From a virus (Duplodnaviria > Heunggongvirae > Uroviricota > Caudoviricetes): 13,879 nt of DNA. The notes beneath the pieces were generated by a model, which was given only the letters and a program-made list of their open reading frames with translations, was not told the DNA's origin and searched no databases. The stretch lies in IMG/VR virus record IMGVR_UViG_2703718788_000009; one strand, written 5' to 3'. The position numbers were made by a program, and so were the translations under genes. This document shows positions 7,476-13,564 of the stretch, one piece after another (position 1 is the first letter of the stretch; the number at the start of each line of letters is the position of its first letter).

Positions 7476-8162
7476 ATGTTTAAAGGTCTTGTTGTTACGC
7501 TATTGGCTTGCATTGTATTTGGTCCATGGGTGTTAGTAATTGCTTTACCTATATTGCTGATCATGAGCTTAGGGAATGATATTAAAAAGCTGCAAAAGCT
7601 GCATGCACAATATAAGGAGAATCCCGGCGCGTTCATGGTAAGTCTGGTTATAGTCGCGGGGCTTATTGGATGGGTGTATTTCTCCCTCCCCACAGGAAAT
7701 ACAACTGCAAATGTAGAAGAGGCCGCAGTGGTAGAGGAAAAAGCCAACAAAGGATTCAGATTTATTGTTGGTGTGGATAGCCCAGTATATGGCCCTGAAG
7801 CTGTGGATCCTGCAATGGTGCATGCCTGGTTATGGAACAGAACGGAGAAAGGTAGCTGCAATCAACTAAAAGCGAGCGCCAACATAGAAGAGGAAGGAGA
7901 TACATTTTTCGCATGGTGTAAAGATATCAAAGGCAATGATAGGTGGTTTACCATTACCAATATTGTAGGTGTTTCCCGTTCACTAATGAATCACCCTGAG
8001 GCTAAGAATCCGCTAACAGGTGTCCGATTAAAAGATGGCCCAATATGGATCGATTTATACGGAACACAAATCACTGAGGGCGTGAACAGCGATATCCAGG
8101 ATAAGCTGAAAGACATAAATAATCAGTATGGTGCGATTGTTGAAACCTCTCCTATGAAATAA
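7476..8162 (+). CDS. membrane protein with two N-terminal transmembrane helices and a roughly 150-aa C-terminal domain, possibly superinfection exclusion
   Basis: 228-aa ORF with SD 'agagg'. Hydrophobic segments at about residues 5..30 and 53..70, separated by a Lys-rich loop. Function is a hypothesis. Confidence 0.6.
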   Translation: MFKGLVVTLLACIVFGPWVLVIALPILLIMSLGNDIKKLQKLHAQYKENPGAFMVSLVIVAGLIGWVYFSLPTGNTTANVEEAAVVEEKANKGFRFIVGVDSPVYGPEAVDPAMVHAWLWNRTEKGSCNQLKASANIEEEGDTFFAWCKDIKGNDRWFTITNIVGVSRSLMNHPEAKNPLTGVRLKDGPIWIDLYGTQITEGVNSDIQDKLKDINNQYGAIVETSPMK

Positions 8163-8182
8163 CCACACCTACCCAACCTACC

Positions 8183-8216
8183 AGGGCCACCACTTAGGAT
8201 GGCCCTTTTTATTTAT
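8183..8216 (+). terminator. rho-independent terminator of the 6934..8162 module
   Basis: 7-bp stem agggcca / tggccct with a 10-nt loop, followed by 'ttttatttat', 21 nt after the stop codon. Confidence 0.7.
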
Positions 8217-8220
8217 GTGC

Positions 8221-8280
8221 TATTTAATACCCATTTATCCCCTATTTAATGCCTATTTATTGATTTAATCCGTTTTATGC
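8221..8280. repeat. phased TATTTA(A/T) repeats at roughly 11-bp spacing; possibly bent DNA or an architectural-protein site
   Basis: tatttaatacc / atttatcccc / tatttaatgcc / tatttattgat / ttaatccg / ttttatgcc in succession. Confidence 0.4.
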
Positions 8281-8340
8281 CACAACCGCCCGGTTGACAG
8301 AGTAAGAGAGAGGGTGTAACCCTTTTTCGTAATACTAATA

Positions 8341-8360
8341 AAATCAATAAGTTAGCTTAA
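8341..8360. repeat. copy 2 of 20-bp repeat 'aaatcaataagttagcYtaa'
   Basis: See 2449..2469. Confidence 0.7.
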
Positions 8361-9368
8361 TAAGCCTTTTCTCTATTTTTGTCAAATTTAACATACCCTA
8401 AAAAACTGCAAAATCTGACTGCAAGATTATCTGCAGCTGGATTTCTTACACCTCAATTTGTGGTATCACCCTGACTAGTTTGTGCATAAAATGAACAGTT
8501 TTTAACATTTCCTATTCACCTGGTAACCACACAAAAAGCTAAAAACGAGGCACAGATAATCTTAGAGGCCTGTTTTCTTGTTATCACTATGGGAACGTCG
8601 TAGAAGTGATTTTGATGAAAGATGACCTACCCTATTACACCCCCATTTTTTGTTATCACAATTGCATCCTGTGCGGTATATGGCTGTGTGCTGAAAGCGG
8701 TCTTGGGTGTGGGTGTCAGAAATATCCATTAGCGGTATTAATACCCGTCAGATGTTCGTCTGAGGTGCCAGGCAGGCGCTCCCCCACCTCCCTTTTTTCT
8801 TCTAACAATTCTCAAATATCACACCACTGCCCACCACGTTGCTATTATGTTAATTCTTAAGCTTTGCTGTATGTTGTGCACATTATTTATTCAGGTGCGT
8901 GTACGTAAATTCTGGGCCTCCTTATCATGATTTTTAAATCAGATTTTGTAGTGCGCTTTATTAGTGTAGATAAGATCTATTATGTTAAATGCAATTTTCC
9001 CAACCCTTCAAATCAATGACTTACATGTAAGCATGCACTAACACCCCACACAGCACATTAGACGTGTAGATGTCTATATCCCACATTTTTGATTGTTTTG
9101 TAGTCATTCCCCTGATCATTTAACCAGTATAGTTTGCTATCTGCAGACCACAAAATCGGAATTTACATCTGATTAACATAATCTGTTAGCATGATCACCA
9201 TTACCCACACAACAATAACCCCATGCAAGCCTCTTTAGGCAATTTATCGGCGTGTTGGTGTGAACAGTCTTTCATGTTCTTTATGTATTCATGACTGCAA
9301 GGAATGTATTCATTGGCCTGTGTGGGGGAAGGATGGACTGCCCCAGGGGCCATACTTATGATGCCCGG

Positions 9369-9404
9369 TCAACATAAGTGTTGATAAAATCAAGGGGTGT
9401 TGAT
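9369..9404. promoter_or_regulatory. pair of adjacent inverted repeats (TCAACA-N4-TGTTGA and ATCAA-N6-TTGAT); candidate operator
   Basis: Both have perfect arms; they sit just upstream of the iteron cluster. Confidence 0.4.
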
Positions 9405-9426
9405 CTGCATATTTCCCACACATGAG

Positions 9427-9456
9427 AGGAAATCAGAGCAAAGAGAGAGGAGAGAG
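9427..9456. repeat. polypurine (GA-rich) tract
   Basis: A 30-nt run of almost only A and G on the plus strand. Confidence 0.5.
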
Positions 9457-9465
9457 GTTTGTTAG

Positions 9466-9520
9466 TCAAAATCAAGTCACATTAGAGTCAAATCAAGTCA
9501 AATCAGATGCAATCAATCCC
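9466..9520. repeat. cluster of 'aatcaagtca'-type direct repeats
   Basis: gtcaaaatcaagtca, gtcaaatcaagtca, aatcagatgca, aatcaatccc in tandem. Confidence 0.6.
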
Positions 9521-9521
9521 C

Positions 9522-9586
9522 CACCTGTTGGGATTTCCCACATGTTCAACCATACACAGGAGCTAACCTGTTGGGATTTCCTACAC
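9522..9586. repeat. two copies of 'acctgttgggatttccYaca', 45 bp apart
   Basis: 9522..9541 and 9567..9586 are near-identical. Confidence 0.7.
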
Positions 9587-9639
9587 CTCTTGCACATACC
9601 CCGGAAGATTTTTCCGGTGTGCCATCTTTGCAGGCTCCA

Positions 9640-9807
9640 ACCTGTGAAGAATTTTCACACCTGTAAATCCATACAGCACGGTAAAAACTACCGCACCACC
9701 TGTCAAAATATTTTACTACCCCACCAATAATACGGCCCATACCTGTAAAATATTTTTACTACTACCTGTCAAAATCTTTTACTACTACCTGTAAAAATAT
9801 TTGACAC
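9640..9807. repeat. iteron array with ACCTGT core (part of the candidate replication origin)
   Basis: ACCTGT occurs at 9640, 9659, 9698, 9741, 9764 and 9787, plus 9523 and 9566 in the preceding repeat. The last four sit in units of about 23 bp, 'acctgt(c)aaaatattttactac', three of them directly tandem. Confidence 0.7.
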
Positions 9808-9839
9808 TAATAGATAAAGTAACAGACCACACAATAGAT

Positions 9840-9865
9840 CCCCCCCTAACCCCCCCCCCAGGGGG
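9840..9865. repeat. homopolymer tracts C7-TAA-C10-A-G5, bracketed by GATC sites
   Basis: Read directly: gatcccccccctaacccccccccaggggg, with GATC at 9837..9840 and 9876..9879. Confidence 0.8.
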
Positions 9866-9902
9866 AATGGGGAGGGATCAGAGAGTGGGGAAGGTTTATC
9901 AA

Positions 9903-10027
9903 TATATCAAATTGATATACTTAGCTAGATGTATCAATTAATACACTTAAAGGTGAGCAATGCTTAGCTAGATGTATCAATCCGATACACTTAGAATATT
10001 CTAGATGTATCAATTAATACACTTAAA
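9903..10027. repeat. 17-bp perfect palindrome followed by three direct repeats of about 30 bp
   Basis: Palindrome tatatcaa-a-ttgatata at 9903..9919; repeats 'ctagatgtatcaat..atacactta' at 9920..9951, 9963..9994 and 9999..10027. Confidence 0.75.
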
Positions 10028-10906
10028 TCACGTAACTTATTGTATTTATTAAGAAAAGTCATCTACCTATATATACTACTGATTCGCCTCCGCTCATCAT
10101 TAGTATGGTGTAACTGATTCATGCTTCGCTTACGCTCACATTCATCTACTTACACCCCCTTATCTGAATTGAACATTCCCGTCCAATCCAGCTAAGAGAA
10201 TTGATTGAACATTACCTAACATCCGTTAGCTAACATTCTAATCAATTAACTACTTAAACACTTCCACACCTTCCGGTGGTGCCAAGTAACCTGGCATGGT
10301 GGGAAAAGATTCTGCCGTTTTAGGTAGAATTGATTTCCCACAAATAGTAAGTGTCGGCCCTTCAATGTCACTCTCCTATGAGGGGAGAGATGACGGGCCT
10401 CCTGTGTGGGTGAGTATCGGAGCAGTCTGTGAAGTATGAGCAGGCTGTGAGATACGCTACTGTATATCTGCGTAGAACAGCCTCCGCTGTTTACGCTCTT
10501 TGTGTGGTCCGGCGAATGCGTCAGCATGAGGCCCACATGTGGACCGCTGCCGAAAGCTTGCCAGCGCCGGAAGGAGGCAGCAAAGAGTCTCCCGCGCTCA
10601 TGTGTGGGCGTATACGTAAGATATACATTCATAAATCCAATCCTAGGCCCCTAAATGGCCTTCTGGCTGCATTAACCTGTGTGAGTAGTGCAATTGCATT
10701 ACCTGATGCTTAAATCGCGTTGTAGGGCCTCTCATAGAGAATTTAACTATCAAGATAAAAATTGCAGATCGGTCTATTGACAATCTTATTGCATAAATGC
10801 TATAAGTTATTCTGGTTTTGACACGGTAGGGGCCATTAATAATGCTTACCCCCTTTGCTGTGGACTTGCTTGCACCTATAGCACACCTAAATGATAATAA
10901 TTCTCA

Positions 10907-10935
10907 TTGACAATTGGTTGACAATATGATAAGAT
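10907..10935 (+). promoter_or_regulatory. candidate sigma70 promoter (TTGACA-N17-TAAGAT) upstream of a small ORF
   Basis: Consensus -35 at 10907..10912, a 4-of-6 -10 at 10930..10935, and a second overlapping TTGACA at 10918. Confidence 0.35.
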
Positions 10936-10970
10936 TATAAATAGGGGGAGAAACAGATCCGGAGGTCAAT

Positions 10971-11120
10971 GTGGAAATTACTGATGCAATAGCGATCATC
11001 AACCTGGCTGTACTGTGGTGCGGTGTTGCCTACATAGCCGGAGTAACTGCAATAGACAATCTTGAAGAAAAAATGATAGATAAATACAAAAAGATTGTTG
11101 ACAATTTGACGAATGTTTGA
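10971..11120 (+). CDS. small membrane protein (49 aa, GTG start), possibly holin-like or toxin-like
   Basis: GGAGG 5 nt upstream of the GTG; VEITDAIAIINLAVLWCGVAYIAGVTAIDNLEEKMIDKYKKIVDNLTNV has one transmembrane-like helix and a charged C-terminal tail. Absent from the ORF track. Confidence 0.3.
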   Translation: MEITDAIAIINLAVLWCGVAYIAGVTAIDNLEEKMIDKYKKIVDNLTNV

Positions 11121-11126
11121 TAAAAT
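11098..11126 (+). promoter_or_regulatory. strong sigma70 promoter (TTGACA-N17-TAAAAT) for the leader and Rep operon
   Basis: -35 at 11098..11103, a 17-nt spacer, -10 at 11121..11126. Confidence 0.6.
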
Positions 11127-11176
11127 ATAAAGCATAGGGTAATTCTCAGCATGTGAATTTTCCTTAAACAGACTAG

Positions 11177-11206
11177 CGGGGCTTGTCTTGAGTCCCGTTT
11201 CTTTTT
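11177..11206 (+). terminator. intrinsic terminator or attenuator in the leader between the promoter and the first operon gene
   Basis: Stem cggggc / gtcccg (one G-U pair) with a 9-nt loop, followed by 'tttcttttt'. It lies about 45 nt after the predicted start and 44 nt before the ATG at 11250. Confidence 0.55.
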
Positions 11207-11249
11207 AAACCTACATCGCACAGGCGATGAGCTGACAGGAGATTGAATC

Positions 11250-11459
11250 ATGGCTAAAACCGGACCGATAAGCCAGCTGGTAAACTGGACTACTGACGAA
11301 ATCGTCGAGAACGTGCTTAAAGGTAACTTTCGCAAAACTTCCGTTTATGCATTTATTCGAAAACACAAAGGAGAATATCCACACATTGAAGCGGCAATAG
11401 AAAAATTAAACTTTATTAAACTTGAGCGCCAGCTTGAAAGATATAAACACCTACTTTAA
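11250..11459 (+). CDS. hypothetical small basic protein, possibly a regulator; first gene of the Rep operon
   Basis: 69-aa ORF with SD 'aggag' 8 nt upstream. Confidence 0.55.
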   Translation: MAKTGPISQLVNWTTDEIVENVLKGNFRKTSVYAFIRKHKGEYPHIEAAIEKLNFIKLERQLERYKHLL

Positions 11460-11495
11460 TAAAAGGTAACCGTAACCCGGTAAGAGGTAAACATT

Positions 11496-12410
11496 ATGAA
11501 TATTGAGTCTGTTTTTAATATAACTTTAAATGATGATCCTAGTATCCTTTTGCTGCCAATGCTCATAAATAAATCTGGACTATTAAAAAGAGGCGACGCA
11601 AGGGATATCTATATTTACATGTGGAATACTTACTATCTCCACGCTAAAAAAGAGGCCGCCAAGGTGTTCAGCAAGAAGACTAAAGGAAGAAGCCTCAGCC
11701 AGGATATGAAAAACTCCATCAGAAAAGAGTGTTTTGCTATTAAAGATAAAGATTCCTGTGTGGAGATCTCTTATAAGGATATAGAGGAAAGAATTGGAAT
11801 ACTGCGACCAAATGCAGTAAGGGCAATTAAAAAGCTGGAATCTGAAGGAATTATCACCTGCCTTAAAAAAGGCAATAAGCATAACCCTTATGCATCATGG
11901 CAAATTAATGTCGGAATCTTTGAAATGATGGAAAGAGTAGGGATTGAAAACCTCATTGGGTGGGATCTCTTAAAACCATATTGGAAGAAAGAACAGGAAG
12001 CAGCCGGAAGAGGGGAGGGGGCCAAAGCTCCACAGGAAGCTCCAAAACAAGCCGCACAGCAGCCTGAAGACACACCCGAAGGGGTGACCGTAGGTCACCT
12101 GGCTAAGCCAGCGAAAGAGTCCAAAGTGGTGCAATTCCCTTCTGTGAAAGATAAAGACGTTAGCGTAGAGCACAACTCTTATTCCGAAAGTGTGACAACG
12201 TCACCTGTTAAGGCAAACAAGAAGGAGGCATCTAAAGTGATAGATATTTCTTCTTTTATGGCAGATGAAGATGATACGCAAGATGTGTGGTATACACCTT
12301 CAGAAAATGATTATAGTGGTAGTGGTGGTTATGATCCTTATGGCTATGATGAGGATGAATACAACCCATTTGAAGATGAATATACAAATGATTCCGCTAT
12401 CCCTTATTAA
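11496..12410 (+). CDS. putative replication initiator (winged-helix, lambda-O/RepA-like N-terminal domain) with a long disordered acidic C-terminal tail
   Basis: 304-aa ORF with SD 'agagg'. The segment 'VEISYKDIEERIGILRPNAVRAIKKLESEGIITC' resembles the winged-helix DNA-binding domain of lambda O 'RITDSQLSEITKLPVKRCNEAKLELVRMNII', recalled from memory. The C-terminal 140 aa are low-complexity and end in ...EDEYTNDSAIPY. Confidence 0.55.
   Translation: MNIESVFNITLNDDPSILLLPMLINKSGLLKRGDARDIYIYMWNTYYLHAKKEAAKVFSKKTKGRSLSQDMKNSIRKECFAIKDKDSCVEISYKDIEERIGILRPNAVRAIKKLESEGIITCLKKGNKHNPYASWQINVGIFEMMERVGIENLIGWDLLKPYWKKEQEAAGRGEGAKAPQEAPKQAAQQPEDTPEGVTVGHLAKPAKESKVVQFPSVKDKDVSVEHNSYSESVTTSPVKANKKEASKVIDISSFMADEDDTQDVWYTPSENDYSGSGGYDPYGYDEDEYNPFEDEYTNDSAIPY
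12072..12120. repeat. 50-bp repeat, copy B, embedded in the Rep-like coding sequence
   Basis: Matches 6842..6890; encodes ...TPEGVTVGHLAKPAKE... in the disordered tail. Confidence 0.8.
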
Positions 12411-12498
12411 TACCCCCAAATAAACTAAATAAACTAAACATAGAATTACTAGAACTAGATTGATTGCCCTGATCTTTTAAACGTTCGGAGAATTAATC

Positions 12499-12987
12499 AT
12501 GTTCAAATCTGATCTTTCTGATTCCCAATTTGAAAAACTGGTAGCACTGCAGAAATATCTCCCCAGTGATGATCAACCAACACGACAGGCTAAACACTTA
12601 TTAGTCGAGGGCTTTACCCCTGAATTCGTGGCGGAATACACAGGCGTTAAACTTGAGAAAGTCCAAAAACTATATAATGAGTCCTGGAATCCACGGTGTC
12701 GAGTTCCCCTCAGTGTCTACAACGAAATAGACAGAGATAGAAATGTCTTCGAAGATCGCCGCCGCAAATCTCTTTTAATGTGGAATTGTGGGATGAATAT
12801 TGAAGAGATAGCAAAAGAATTAAAAGTAACCTGCTTTCATATCTGGGGCTTGTTGAGTGAAATCCTGCCACGTAAGGAGCTTAATCAACGTTTGCCTAAG
12901 CCCGGCAGTCGTGCTTATCGCGAATTTATATTCATCTACCGCCGCCATAGCAATAAAGTCCGGAAAGCAATGGCCCAGAAAGCCTAA
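12499..12987 (+). CDS. DNA-binding protein with two predicted helix-turn-helix motifs (regulator or small-terminase-like; unresolved)
   Basis: 162-aa ORF with SD 'ggag'. HTH-like segments FTPEFVAEYTGVKLEKVQKL and MNIEEIAKELKVTCFHIWGLL; basic C-terminus. Confidence 0.55.
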   Translation: MFKSDLSDSQFEKLVALQKYLPSDDQPTRQAKHLLVEGFTPEFVAEYTGVKLEKVQKLYNESWNPRCRVPLSVYNEIDRDRNVFEDRRRKSLLMWNCGMNIEEIAKELKVTCFHIWGLLSEILPRKELNQRLPKPGSRAYREFIFIYRRHSNKVRKAMAQKA

Positions 12988-13060
12988 GTTTTATCTCTTC
13001 GATTTATTTATTTTCGACTCACTTTAACCCCTTCCGGGGCTCTAATTTAAGGAATTCCAA

Positions 13061-13504
13061 ATGTCTCAAATCGCTAAATTACTATCCCAGGTTATCAAAG
13101 CTTTCGACGCTGAAGATTCAAAAGTTCGCCAGGATCTTTTAGATGGCAAGTTTACCAACACCCTGGCATTTACCCGTGACAAAGAGCACTTCTTAAAACA
13201 CAGACACCACGCTTTTGCTGAATGCAAGTCCGCTAATGGTGATGTTTTCTATGTCGATTTGGTGGTTATGGCATGTAGGCTGTGGATGATTCAGGACCTT
13301 ATGCGCCAACACGGTGATGATCCTCTTATCAGCATGTGGAACAGCGCCCAGGATGGCTTTGTGATTGCTGCCTTATCCAAATCAATGATTGAGGCAGAAG
13401 GGGCAAGCCTTCAGAACATGGCAGATCTCTTTGAAATAAGCGTAGGAATGATGCAGACCATGCTCCAAGCTGTCAAACCTCTCAAACTGGTTAATCTTGA
13501 TTAA
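13061..13504 (+). CDS. hypothetical protein (147 aa), probably alpha-helical
   Basis: ORF with SD 'aagga' 7 nt upstream; no recognisable motif. Confidence 0.5.
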   Translation: MSQIAKLLSQVIKAFDAEDSKVRQDLLDGKFTNTLAFTRDKEHFLKHRHHAFAECKSANGDVFYVDLVVMACRLWMIQDLMRQHGDDPLISMWNSAQDGFVIAALSKSMIEAEGASLQNMADLFEISVGMMQTMLQAVKPLKLVNLD

Positions 13505-13564
13505 GCTATTGATAAATAAGCACTCCCCATTTTTTGGGGGGTGCATCAATGAGAGGATATGCCT

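Noticed and set aside
8606-8860. Cys-rich 84-aa track ORF
   Set aside because: No SD, a GTG/TTG-type start, and composition typical of random frames. Kept only as part of the ORF-poor region.
9422-9740. Track ORFs 9422..9730 (+) and 9546..9740 (-)
   Set aside because: They lie across the iteron and repeat arrays. The open frames come from repetitive sequence, and there is no SD.
9640-9807. Possible CRISPR array
   Set aside because: The repeats are about 23 bp and directly abutting with no unique spacers, and no cas genes are present. This fits iterons, not CRISPR.
10935-11335. Minus-strand track ORFs 10935..11135 and 11030..11335
   Set aside because: They overlap two plus-strand promoters, the leader terminator and the start of the 11250 gene; low-complexity translation. 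The plus-strand 49-aa ORF with GGAGG is the more plausible one.
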